Below are positions 52,504-64,000 of a stretch of DNA of 64,000 bases, one piece after another. Under the pieces are notes generated by a model. That model saw nothing but the letters and a program-made list of their open reading frames with translations, ran no database searches and was not told where the DNA came from. The stretch's first letter is position 1, and each line of letters starts with the position of its first letter. Made by a program: the position numbers and the translations under genes. The stretch comes from Callorhinchus milii (taxonomy: Eukaryota). Location: assembly GCF_018977255.1 (NCBI RefSeq), contig NW_024704743.1, positions 57,910,001 to 57,974,000 of the forward strand, given 5' to 3'.

Positions 52504-52965
52504 TATAATTTTCAACTCACTGACTCAACTCGCTGAGCCATCAGAGGCTGTGGATCCTGATTCAAATAGGGAGTACTGGCAAGACATGTTTGAAATTAAT
52601 GAATAAGGCGATGAAAATGACAGGCAACGTTCAAATGAGGAAGGCCCTTCAACTAATTTAGCCTTGTCCTTCCAGAACACCATTTTTGCATGATCCAGAA
52701 AGTGCAAAATGAAGGGCATAATAAGAATAGCTTTTCTCAGTTGGATCTGTTATATTCTTATGTATAATTTACAGTTCAACTCCCAAAATACTTCAAATCA
52801 TAACTGTACCTAATATAAACCATTCCATTCTCCTTTATTTTATTTTTCAATATAAATGTCTCTAATTACAAGTTTAATTTCCCACTAGTAAGCACAACGA
52901 TGCCTTAACATATTATTAATGCAAAGTATCCAAATGCAATTTAGTACCTCAAGTTTTAATGCACA

Positions 52966-53229
52966 TTTCAGCCAATTGCGCAGCAGCCAATTGCACACAA
53001 ACTGTTGTGAACTGAGTAACTAAATTATTATTGTTTTGTGTTTTTGAAAGATTACTCTCCCCGGAAAAGCGATCCGTCAATCGACTAGCAACCAGATTCC
53101 TACTTACGGCTAGGTAAACAGAGGCGCGTGGAGTAAGGAAACTTGCCCAACATTTTGCCCTGCCGGGAATAGAACCCAGGTCTCTTACTTGAAAGGCGAG
53201 TGCTCTAACCACTGAGCTACAGGACTCCA
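52966..53229 (-). mobile_element. tRNA-derived SINE (younger family), tail missing
   Basis: GGAGTCCTGTAGCTCAGTGGTTAGAGCACTCGCC head on the minus strand. Confidence 0.9.
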
Positions 53230-53819
53230 TTTTAAAATAAACTCAATATTTCAGGAATGATAATCAGTGCAAAAAATGAGCCATTATCAAACAAAATAAT
53301 CCTTACATTAAAAAATAATTCTTGCATTTGGTATCAAGCCTTTTATTTCGTGAAGACGTCTCAAAGAGCTTCATAGGATTTACTGTGAAGTGTAGGGACT
53401 GTATTTGTAGATGAACGTGACAGCTAAATTGTGCCCTGGAATGTCCGTCAGTCATGAAACAAATAACCATTTTTATTTGGGGGATTGCTGTCCAGGACAA
53501 CAACAACAACTTACATTGGGACCTGGGAGAAACTCCCTTCCCTTTTCTAGTAGTATCATGGGATCTTTAGCGTCCACCTCAACAAGCAGATGGGATCTCA
53601 GTTTAACATCTCATCTGAAGGATGGCAGCATAGCCCGAGTTAGCTTATCAGAAGAGGCGAGCAGGAGTGGGATAGGAAGATGCTAGGGAGTGAAGGGTTT
53701 TGAAATCAACCTGCTGAGAGTCAAGGAGCAGAGACCGGTGATGACATATAGAGTTTGTGTCTGTAAGGATGCAGTTGACAACGGTTTTGCATTAATTTTT
53801 TATGGATAGTGAAGCTAGT

Positions 53820-54700
53820 AAGACCAAATCAAACTATAGCCTAATCAAAATCTTGTAAACATTTAACATCATTTCTGACTTTTAGATTGAATGGCATTTT
53901 CTATCTGTAATATAATAATTAATGATCAATGCATCATTACCCTTAGATATCTGTTCCTCAGAATTAGTAAGAGTTATAATATCGAGTTTCCTTTTTTGTT
54001 ATTTTCCCCTCAAAATATACTACTTCACATTTTTCAACATTAAGTAGCATCAGTTATCTATCTACCTACTATGTCTCCTGCAAGTTCCCGCAATCTCATT
54101 TTCCTACAGCCCCTAATTTGAGCTCATGAGCAAACTTAGAAAATTACCTATTTGTCAATTTCCAGTTCATTAATAGGAAGTGAAAACAATAGATGGCCAA
54201 AAATGGATCCTTCACATGCTGTTAAACTGCATACATGTAAGCCAAAAAAAACATTTAGCACTATTCTTTGTCTTCTATTATTCTGCCATCCCTCTGTCCA
54301 TGCCACCAATTTACCTTTAAGACCACGACCCTCAATTTTCAAGTGCCTTTTATGTAGCACTTTCCCAAATGCATCTGAAAATCCATACATTTCAAACACA
54401 TTACTTTATCAGCACAACTGTCATTATTTAAAAAAATCAATTAAATTAGTCAAGCATGATAGGCTCTTTACAATTAGATCAATCCCTACCTTTTAAAGTG
54501 TTCACAAATTCAATCTCATATTATGGTTTCTACAAGTTTATCCACAACTGAAGGAAATCTAATTGTTCTATAATTCCCTCATCTTAACCGTTTCCCTTTT
54601 TAAACAAAAAAAGGGATGCGGCATTCAGGCATTATTTTGATTTCAACTTATACTGGGAAATTTACTGCCAGTGTAATGCATCTGCACTCTACTCTCCTTC
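53820..54700 (-). mobile_element. Old decayed CR1 RT fragment, followed by a plus-strand CR1 tail at ~54705-54915
   Basis: FSDAFGKVLHKRHLKIEGRGLKGKLVAW...RRQRIVLN...GSIFGHLLF resembles CR1 RT. Confidence 0.75.
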
Positions 54701-55068
54701 AATAGTAGTGGGTGGTGGAAGTGTGGAGTTCACTCCCCAGAGTGCAGTGGAGGGAGAGTCATTTGAAGAATTTAAAAAGCAAATATATGAATACTTGATA
54801 GACAAGGAAACCAAGGGATATGGAGAGAGGGTGGAGAGGTAGAATTGAGTTGCGATCGGCCATGATTTTGGAACAGGCTCAATGGGCCTTCTCTTCCTGT
54901 GTTCCTAATGTTCCGCTCCCATTCCTAGTTTCTAAAGTGGCCTGTTCACTGGTTATACAACTGCCTATTAATGTTGCACTTGCCTTCCATAAAGGACAGT
55001 TGGAATTATAAGAAATATAAGAAACTGATTTTAAAATTGGAAAATTTACTACATCAAACCAATCTTAC

Positions 55069-55200
55069 CAGTAACTATTTTTGGTTTTCTTGGGCATTCT
55101 TGTTAGAGGTGGGTCCAGACAACCCAGATGGTAATAGAGTTTGCAAGTGTCACACAGGACGAGAAGATGTTGGTCGTGATTCTTCTTACAAATTCCACAG
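55069..55200 (-). CDS. PHF14: PHF14 coding exon, PHD finger 3: (S)CGICKKNHDQHLLVLCDTCKLYYHLGCLDPPLTRMPKKTKNSY(W)
   Basis: PHD Cys/His ligand pattern; acceptor ttgtttgcag|C, donor CTG|gtaaga; 132 nt, phase 2 to 2. Confidence 0.97.
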
Positions 55201-56194
55201 CTGCAAACAAATAAATAACAGATGATCCAAGATACATTGTAATTCCAAAACATTCGCCTGTGAATAATTCACTTGATGCCCTAGTTGGTAAAGGTACCAC
55301 CGAGTACTGATTAAAGCAGACCAGCGAGTTACAAGTTAATTCCCAATCTCCTGAGTTGGCTTAGTGTCTCTAGAAAGAAAAACAAATACCAGCCAGCAAT
55401 CCTCCTCCTGATCTCTGGTCAGTGACCTTTGTGCAAAGAGTTCATAGATCGGACATAGCTGTCACGTATTCAATAGCTGAATAGTGTTGCCAACACACAA
55501 TGGCTTACACATTACGAAATGACACTTTGGAATGAGTACTAGAGGGCTACTGGTCTTGTGAAGGCACAATTCAGGGTGCTTTCAGGGTAGATAACATTGC
55601 GGAAAAAAACAGTAATTTCTCTGAATCACCTGTAGGATGTTTATCCCAACAAAAGGTCAAAATTCAGTACAGGATCACAACCCACACTATATTTGCAAAA
55701 CTCAAATTCAATTCATGCAGGATAAATGCTCTAAATCCAGAGTTTGTTGAGCTCTGCCATCATGTGGCTGAGATGCTTTGGCAAGTACATGTATTTGAGT
55801 GAGTTTTGTGACCCTCTGTTTAGTTTTTTGTGAGCATGAGCGTAGTCTAAGTATTCCAAAATCTGACCTTACAATTGTGTTACATAAATCACACCTCGTC
55901 CTGCAATCTGTCCTAATTATACATATCACAGGTGGCATAACAGGGTGCAATTCCATAGGTGTAGAAAAAGCAATTATATCGCTATTTATGGACTTGATAT
56001 TTGAAAAATAGCGGTCTTTGAAAGTTCCAGTTTCGGGCAAACCACACAAACGTAGTAAAACCTCAATTATCTGCCATAACCCCAGTAGATAACCCACTCA
56101 TCTTATGTTCCTAGCATTCTACAGACACTGCAACTCAGCAGCTCCACCTCATCTTTGATAACTTTTCCTTATCCAATGGGTTCCATTCTCAATT

Positions 56195-56460
56195 AATAAT
56201 AGTAATAATAATCTTTGCGTTTGACATATCGCCTTATCACATCTTTGAGACGTCTCAACGCACTCCACACAATAAACTGTAAAATGAATTGATTGTGTAT
56301 TTTGTGGGGGAAATGTAGCAGCCAACTGCACACAGCAGGTGCCACAAACAGTTGTGGAATAATAAATAAACTTTTATTTCTTTTAAAGGAATTATTACCC
56401 CCAGAAAAGCAATCCGCCAATCGACTAACACCCAAGTTCCAACTTACTGCTAGGTAAACA
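56195..56460 (-). mobile_element. SINE (younger family), head missing
   Basis: Tail and body (gaaaagcaatccgccaatcgactaaca) shared with other copies. Confidence 0.85.
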
Positions 56461-57567
56461 ATTCCATGGTTTCCACTTCCACCACTGCAATTCAGGATCA
56501 ACTGAGACTTGCATAATGAAATCTGCATAATACACTCATTTTAGTTTGTTCACAGGAATTGGAGTTTAAGGAAAGTTCCTCCACTATGATGAATATTTGA
56601 GATTTGCGGTTCTATTGGATGAGCATGAATTAGAAAAAAAAAGGCTATTTATATTATCCATCTAATATGTTCCTTTCTTCATAACTATATTCACACCATT
56701 CAATTAACATAGTTAGTTCTGTAAACAACTCCAAATCTCCATGTGGAAGCATCAATTTCTTATTTTTGGTGCAAACAAAACAAGATTCAAGATGAAGATA
56801 CATACAGCCCAGCTATATGGGCCTTCTATTGAATAAACTCCACTGCATCTATTCAGCTACAACCAATGCAGTAATATTTTTTGTGAGTAAAATTAACCCC
56901 GACTAACTCATCCATCAGATAACACCCTCCACCACTGCTTGTTTTCATTATCACAGACTATAAGTGGTTTCTTGGACCAGCTATCCTCTTGACTGCATGG
57001 TGTGAACAGTCCTGAGGAATAGTGAAAATTAGATGGATAATAAAAGTAGTGATTTATTTTTAAAGCAAAACTAATTGGGTACCACCTCTTCTTCCACCCA
57101 CCCCAAGTTCAGCAAAATCTTGGCCTCGAAGACTTCAGTATTCCATTTGTTGTTTCTGATCACATAGAGTGATTTTTCAATGCAGCTAAAAACAGGATAC
57201 TCGTTTAACTCAATCAGCATTCTTGAAATAGTTCTCAAATGCCTGCTCCTGGTTAAGAAAATTAATCAGGTCACGACTGCTAAACAGATGATCAAGAAGA
57301 TGCCACAAAGTCTTCGGACAAACTGCACTCAAGCTGGGCAGGGGGGATTTCACTCCCAAAACAGGTTAAAATTAAAGAGATTTGGATTACAATTTTAACC
57401 TGTAATAAATAATTACAACTAACAATAATTTTGGCACCAAGTGTTACAACATAACCAGTTATACAAAGGAACAATTATTATGGAAAAGTCTTGCAATGGG
57501 CATTTTGTAAATTGGATATGTCTCTTTAGTTGAAGAAGCAATCTGGTAATGAAGATTAGCCATGTAC

Positions 57568-57671
57568 CTGTACAGTACTGCTGGTGATGACAATGATTTC
57601 AAAGTTCCTCCATCTTTCTTACTTAGTCGTCGTTCCTTGGGCGTGCGTAGGATTACTGGGTAATTCAACTT
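57568..57671 (-). CDS. PHF14: PHF14 coding exon: KLNYPVILRTPKERRLSKKDGGTLKSLSSPAVLY(S)
   Basis: Acceptor tatttacag|AAG, donor CAG|gtacat; 104 nt, phase 0 to 2. Confidence 0.94.
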
Positions 57672-59283
57672 CTGTAAATAAGAAAATTAAAATCAATTGT
57701 TGTTTCCACTTTATAAGTTAGCAGACAAGACAACTCATACTCAACTGTTAATAATGATAAAACACAGCTTGAAGCTTAATAATATTCTCCATGGGTGTAC
57801 AAGTTCAAAGTATTGCACAAATTTTAATTCATACAGAGTAGCGAGATGTAAAATCAATTTTAAAGCAAATCAGCTTGCCTAACACCAACGTGTAACAGCT
57901 TTACAGAATAAGATTGCACGACTTACTTTCAGAGTTTTGAAAGTGACAGACAAGGACACACTACTTTAGGTGAGGAAAAATGCCAGCCTTGACAAAAGAA
58001 TATTAAAGTAGTTTATTTTCCTCAACATCCAGGTACATTGGTGCTCTATAGGTTAATTAGAAAAATTATCTTATTGGACCAAACTCTCTACAAAGCAGAC
58101 AAGATTCTCTTTGGGTTTCCACTAATCTGCAGCATGCTAGCTTCCCAGACAGCAACCATCTATCAAAGTCATTTCACAGTGGCCCTGTGGGCCTGCATCT
58201 GTTCAGCCAACTGGAAAAAAAGTGTTATGCAAGCTGTGTAAATGAATCCTGCTGTTACTGTTTTTTACTGCATGCAGTAGGAAATGCATTAGCACATCTT
58301 GTTGCTTTTTGTGCTTTGTTATTTTCTGGTTGGGGAAAAAAGGTTCTGAAATTGTAAGTCATATGCAATGATCATTTCAAGCATGGTAGCCTTGAATCTA
58401 ATTTCTTGTTGCTTTCCAGTTTCTTAAACCAATAGCTGTTATGTTTTGTTCAGTCCCACCTTACTGATGTCAAAAATGCAGGTTCAGTTCTCATGAATTG
58501 AATTTAACCTGCCCCAAAATTAACTATTTTGAAAATAAAACAAGGTCCTGTTTACATTTTATTACATAGGACTTTTCTATTCTGCAAACACTTTTGACAA
58601 TTGAAAGATGTGTTTGTACCCTGCTTTACACTTTCTATTGATCAGAATGCCACTCAGTGCTCCCTGACAATAATTCTAATTCCCAACAAGTAAATTGAGG
58701 CTACAGATTCATTGACCCAAAAATGTATCTTTGCTTCTTTAAAAAAAAGTTTACTTTAAAAGAAGAAGAAAAATACACAAGTTATAACAATTTGCAATGG
58801 TATTGTAACTCTCATGTAGGAAAAATGTCTTAAACCCACTAAAATTGTAAAATATATTAAGGTTCAATCCTTATTGTTAATTTAAATACTGTATTAATCA
58901 GTATTCATGTCCCCAAGAATCTACATCTAGACAATGAAATAACAACTAGCGTGAACGGATTGACATATTAGCACATTAGATCTCGACAACTTTGTACAAC
59001 TGGGAAAAAAAGTAGTTGGGATGACGGAGTTAGTTCCATCACACCTGGCAGGTCAATCAATTACTGAAAATGGAAAGAAGTACATTCTACAAACATGATA
59101 GTTTTTATAACACAAATCAGCTATAAGGTAGGTTGCATGCCTATCGATTTATTCCCATCAGAAATCATTACTCTTTCAGTACGGTTGACTCAATTGGCTT
59201 TATGCCAGCACTAAATTGCAGGAGAGAAAAACATTTAATAAAATCATGTACGAAAAGAAATCAAATAGATTTCATCCACTAAC

Positions 59284-59379
59284 CTGGCCAGCAATGTTAC
59301 CAAGTGTACTCCACAGAGTTTGTCCTTCTCTACGCAATTTGCTGTTCATATTTCTCAGATTTTCCAACGATTCAAACAA
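59284..59379 (-). CDS. PHF14: PHF14 coding exon: LFESLENLRNMNSKLRREGQTLWSTLGNIAGQ
   Basis: Not in the ORF track; read manually. Acceptor ttcttgctcag|TTG, donor CAG|gttagt; 96 nt, phase 0 to 0; resembles human LCESLEELQNLNGKLRSEGQGIWALLGRITGQ (recalled). Confidence 0.92.
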
Positions 59380-59539
59380 CTGAGCAAGAAAGAATAGGTG
59401 GGAGGTTACAAGCATGGAATTAAATGGAAATCATACAGCAGCAATTGTTATTCTGGGCTTCTTTTTAAAAAAAATAAAAACTGTCTGTAGGAGGCACTCT
59501 AAACACATGGTTTTCCATTTTAGCTAAAATATCAGCAAG

Positions 59540-59645
59540 TGTGCTGGCAAATAAAAACACAAAACAGTAGAAGTTCACAGTAGGGAAATCAGCATCTGAA
59601 CGAGAAATACACATTAACATTTCAGTTATGACCTTTCATGAGAGT
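59540..59645 (-). mobile_element. Degenerate copy of the hammerhead-bearing element (core mutated to CUCAUGA)
   Basis: ttaacatttcagttatgacctttcatgaga aligns with ttaacgtttcaggtcaatgacctttcatcaga at 33471-33502; upstream similarity continues (aaataaaaaca...cagcatct). Confidence 0.55.
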
Positions 59646-60199
59646 ATACAGATACATTTTCCTCTCCTTTTAAAAACACATCTAGTGCAGATTAGTGCAG
59701 GGTTTCCCATTTGCTTTATTTCTGAGCTGCACAGCAAAGATTAGATGGCTGCACACAAGTCAAATCCATGGATGAAGATGTAGCAGGGAACTTAATTCCC
59801 TGTTCCTGCTCTTATTGACAGATGCTTGGTCTCTGCCCAGATGAGGTTACCCATTCATGCGTACATTCATGCACGTCTGGATTTGACTGTGCTCGTTCCA
59901 CACCTTTCAAGTCTTTCATGTTGTCCCACCCTTCTTTACAGGAGTTAGGTCTTGGATTTTGCAGTCAGCAATGACTATATCTACCCAATTTTTTTTTCTT
60001 TTGTCCGCTCCTCAAAGCATTTTCTTCTAAAATGATATGGATCCACAAATTGCTAAATTCTTGCCAGTATCTTGGTTACATGGCAATCCTTTATGTTTGA
60101 GCAGAATTCATAATCAACATGAATGGGGCACATGTATTACATAAATGGGATAGAAGTTAAGAGAAAAGTGATCAAAAGTGACAGGTGACATTGGTCACC

Positions 60200-60750
60200 T
60201 TGTGCAAATAGCATAAGGCAACAATAATTGCAAGCAGGATGCTGGAATATATTGCCAAATCATTAAGAGAGTTCAGAAAACAGAAGTGTCAAGTTGTGTA
60301 GTGCTCTGCTCAGGCCACACTGATCCGAGCACTTCACTACTGTTCTAGTTATCACAACAGAAGGCTCTGGAGACAGCGGAGAAGAGTAAAAAAGCCGATC
60401 CCTGGTATTGGAGGGATGAACTTCAAGGAATGAGTGGCTAAGCGAAGGCTCTTTAACTTTAAAAAAATGTTGCATAGGAGACCTTACAGAGGTATGTAAT
60501 ATGCAAAATTGGGTAGAAAAAGTGAACCTTGAACAAATACTTTGCTTAGCAACAGGATAAGAGAACTCAGGTCAGCGACATGAAGGATAATTTTAGGGCA
60601 CTATATGAAATATTTCTTTACACAAGAGGTAATCAACAGTTCAAACAGGTTGCCAGGAGGGTGGTTGAGGCTGAAGTAACTGGTACACTGGTACTCTGGC
60701 AGCATGAGATCAAAAGGGACAAAGGGTCTTTTTAACCATATCTCTCTTGT
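60200..60750 (+). mobile_element. Old decayed CR1 3' fragment
   Basis: gttgtgtagtgctctgctcaggccacac, ggagaccttacagaggtatgtaa, ttcttta-cacaagaggtaatc motifs. Confidence 0.65.
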
Positions 60751-60829
60751 GATCTGAGATCAGGGCTTGGTGCTAAAGGTGCCCTTCATGTGCCAGAACT
60801 TGTGTTTGCTTGTCTTATTACCTTGTCAG

Positions 60830-61350
60830 ATCTTGTTTTCATCATGTGCAGCCAACGCTTGCTCACCAGACTCCTAAATCTTCCCTCCTCAATCTGCAGA
60901 CCACTCAAATCCTAAGACACAAACTACAGACAAACTCTGCAGCTAGTGTCCTCTCCTGCCCCGGGTTCCGCGAGCCTATTACCCTCATTCACTCCCAGCT
61001 CCACCGGCTTTCCACCCTCCCATCTCTGCAACCTCTTAAACCCTACCACGCTCCCCCACCCCCACCCCGCTCCCTCCACTCAGCAGGCACTGTTTTACAT
61101 CCCCCACCCTGCCCATCGACGGTCAGACTTTCAGTCTATCTCTCCATAATCTCTGGAACTGTATCACAGAGTCCTTTTGTCTCTCTCCCTTCAAGGTCCA
61201 TCTCAAGACATTCCTCTTTGAAAGCCCTTTGGGCATCTCTCCCAACCGAATCCAACCCTCAGTTCAGTAGCAAAACCTCAGTTGTCCAGCATCTTGGGGC
61301 AGCCTTCTGATGTGAAAGGCGTTATATAAATGCAACTTGTTTTTGTTGCA
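60830..61350 (+). mobile_element. L2 3' fragment; another decayed L2 piece at ~61560-62030 is interrupted by a CR1 tail
   Basis: QTNSAASVL..PITLIHSQLHRL; tail gtgaaaggcgttatataaatgcaacttgtttttgttg. Confidence 0.75.
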
Positions 61351-62975
61351 ATGTGCACAGCATTTCAAGTGGAATCTGACTAGAGCAGTATGACTCTTAG
61401 GATTTGAATTAAATTAATTTGGCAACATAGTCCAACATCCTGTACCGTATTTCCTTTACTGCTCATTCACACCTTTGTTACCTAGCTGCATTTGACTTTC
61501 TAATGTACTCCTCACTAGTCTCCCTAGATCCATGGTCTACAAACTGCTGAATTTTGGAAACTCCAATGACCACATCCTCACCAAACTCTGCATATCCATC
61601 ACCCTATTCCTCACTAGATTCCATCGGGTTCCTCGTCTCCCAATAAATCGATTTCATAGATTTACTTAGAATATACAACATAGAAAAACCCGTTCAGCCC
61701 AGCTAGTCCTTGCTGGGGTTTATACTCCACATGATTCAAGGTCCTCACCCTTTGTACCCTATTCCGCCCTATCCCACTCTTTTACTCCCCCCTACAGCAA
61801 ATAGGCCTGTTGCACATCCTTACCTCCTCTGCTCCATCATCTTGCCCCATCCCTTCGAACTCCCTCCCTCTAGCTCCCTGTCATTAAATCCTACCTAAAA
61901 AGTTACCTCTTCGACCATATTTACAGTCACCTTCCCACCCTCCCTTGCTCAGCATCCAACCCCGTCATTGTGAAACAATCCAAAATGTTATCCTACATGA
62001 AGTTCCTGTATAAATGCAAGTTGCTGGTATTGCTCCACACTGTTTGGAGTTGAGCGAGGAATCAACCAACACCCTTTGATCTCTTTCAACAGTGCCATGC
62101 GTCTATTTATACTTCTAATGTGCTTACCTTATCTGTACTCTACATTAACAAAGCAATCTTGCTTCTATCTCAGAAGAGTATTATATTCTCATGAATTCTT
62201 CTATTTCTCACACTAGAATTAGTGATTATAAAATTATGAGATCTTGCTGAATGAATGCCATTGTGTGACAAATTTTATTAATATTATTAAGTATACCGTT
62301 GTGTACCACGCATCTATGTCCACTAGAGTGAAATTGCAATCCATCTCAGTTGAAGTCAGAGGAGAGACATACAACCTAGCAGCTTGAACTTGATTTAATT
62401 CCACATGTCAGAGGTTAAAGATCATTGCTCCAATCCATTCAATTTTCCATAAAAGGTTTCTGAATAATCATATTAAAATGACATATACTTGTAAAGTCCA
62501 GAGTGCTATACAACACATTCTAGCAGTATGAAGTGATGCAAGTCATTCTTTTGTGTCTTTAAAAACTCCATTAAGTTAAACAAGTTCCATCTGAATGTCA
62601 TACACTTGCAACATTTTAAAGAGTGTATACAAAAAAATGTAATAGTCTAAATTTAAACTTAGGTCAATAATATTGGGAAAGCATTTTATTCATCCTATAT
62701 TAAACTTTGGGCTGGTAACACAGAATCTGCTGATTTCTCTGTACTGAGTTGAGTACTTTACCTCTAATTACTGAAATCAGTGCCTTCATTTCCCCAAGTT
62801 ATGTTCTGCATAAGAAGATATTTATTTGAATGTCACTGGCAGGGTTCTAAATGTGAAGCATTACTTTTTGCTCTTAAAACAATAATTTACATTGATATAG
62901 TGCCATTCATGTTGGGAGGGCGTGTTATAGCACTGCACATAAACTTCAAGAAAACTGCGTAGCGATGTGGATCTA

Positions 62976-63035
62976 AATAGCCAAATTATTAAAGAGGGAG
63001 GAGTAAATAACCAAATTATTAAAGATGGAGAAGTT
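62976..63035. repeat. 30-bp unit, two copies
   Basis: aaatagccaaattattaaagagggaggagt / aaataaccaaattattaaagatggagaagt. Confidence 0.85.
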
Positions 63036-63401
63036 TCAGAACTAGGCACTTCTCACAGCTGTAATCATTTCCCAAACAATTCTTTCAGTTTAAACTTATC
63101 TTCCAATCAACATCAGACCATGAAATGATCAGTAAACTGGTACCACTTTGCAATATGTTTTAATGCTCTCCCTAAATGCACTGCCTGCTGCTAAACATTT
63201 CGTCTTACAAGCATTTCTATGTGAAATACCAGTGTCTTAACAATAATACAATTTTTTCCTGTTTTCCATCTTCCTGGGATAACTACAGATTAAAGCAGCA
63301 CATACAATTCTTCACTCCAGAGTGTTTCTGTTAATTGATAGAACAGGTTTCCTATAACTGCATAGCATGTATTTTACACTACAACACAAACTTTCTCTTA
63401 C

Positions 63402-63508
63402 CTTATTATACTCTACATGAAGTGATTCCTGCTCGTTTTGAAGTTTATCCTTTAAGTTCTTCTGCTCAGCTATGTTTTCCTGTATTTGCATCATTCTCAT
63501 GTTCCTCT
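63402..63508 (-). CDS. PHF14: PHF14 coding exon: (E)RNMRMMQIQENIAEQKNLKDKLQNEQESLHVEYNK, coiled coil
   Basis: Acceptor tttgcag|AG, donor AAG|gtaag; 107 nt, phase 1 to 0; matches PHF14. Confidence 0.95.
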
Positions 63509-63863
63509 CTGCAAATAAATAGAAGTCAGAATTAATGGGCTACTACTAAAATATTAACAAAAAAANGTAAATCAACATATAAATAGTTAAGAAAAATGTA
63601 AACAGGTGTATTAAAACGCTGTCCACAGCTTAATTTTCTTTAGAGTGGACAAATTTATATTATCATTTTTAGACAATAACTACTAAATTAAGACTGAGGA
63701 CTTTAGCTCTCGTCTTTGTCCACGGGTAGTGAAACGTTTCCAACATTATGAAAATTAGCAATACATCATTTTACTCCACGTCAGTGAAACGTTTAATTTT
63801 CAGGAAAATGATTCCATCAGCCTATACTTCCATTGCAATGGTTTCTCATATCCTTTTCCGTAC

Positions 63864-64000
63864 CAAGGTAATAATTCACAAAGTCAGCAGTCAAGGCTGG
63901 CTGTTTGTGCTTCCTCCTGCCATCCACACTAGAGTTGGTATCTAGATTGTCCACAGGGAAGATGTCTGTGCTAATCCCCATCAGTTCAGCTTTCCGCATA
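63864..64000 (-). CDS. PHF14: PHF14 coding exon (truncated by window edge): MRKAELMGISTDIFPVDNLDTNSSVDGRRKHKQPALTADFVNYYL(E)
   Basis: Peptide nearly identical to vertebrate PHF14 as I recall it; donor CTTG|gtacgg; phase 1 joins the next exon to make a Glu codon. Confidence 0.95.

Noticed and set aside
53160..53229. tRNA genes at SINE heads (also ~19430-19499, 35943-36012, 50415-50480, 51222-51291)
   Set aside because: Each continues directly into SINE body sequence and carries disrupting substitutions; these are tRNA-derived heads, not tRNA genes
63694..63742. Plus-strand hammerhead (CTGAGGA...GAAACGTTT)
   Set aside because: Stem II and stem I pairings are not convincing; kept only as a duplicated motif

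Overview
Eukaryotic, AT-rich, repeat-dense vertebrate genomic DNA. The SINE and LINE families point to a cartilaginous fish, most likely a holocephalan such as elephant shark or chimaera (inference from recalled repeat consensus sequences). The only host gene I can support is the 3' half of PHF14 on the minus strand. It has eight coding exons (63864->64000, 63402-63508, 59284-59379, 57568-57671, 55069-55200, 48574-48742, 25047-25103, 24804-24937) with GT-AG junctions and compatible phases, encoding the coiled coil, PHD3 and the first half of PHD4. I did not find the exon completing PHD4, so 1-24803 is probably intron. The rest is intronic: CR1 and L2 LINE fragments, two tRNA-headed SINE families with L2-type tails, small MITE-like elements and a 1-kb GC-rich 18-bp minisatellite. 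Most interesting non-coding items: (i) a ~590-nt hairpin-rich, A-tailed dispersed element in five co-oriented copies that I cannot assign to a named family; (ii) an intact-core Penelope-type minimal hammerhead ribozyme in the pre-mRNA sense orientation; (iii) the minisatellite, whose minus strand is a tandem G-quadruplex motif; (iv) a CR1 nested antisense in a CR1, forming a long inverted repeat. No prokaryotic features or CRISPR. Repeat boundaries are approximate and were read by eye.
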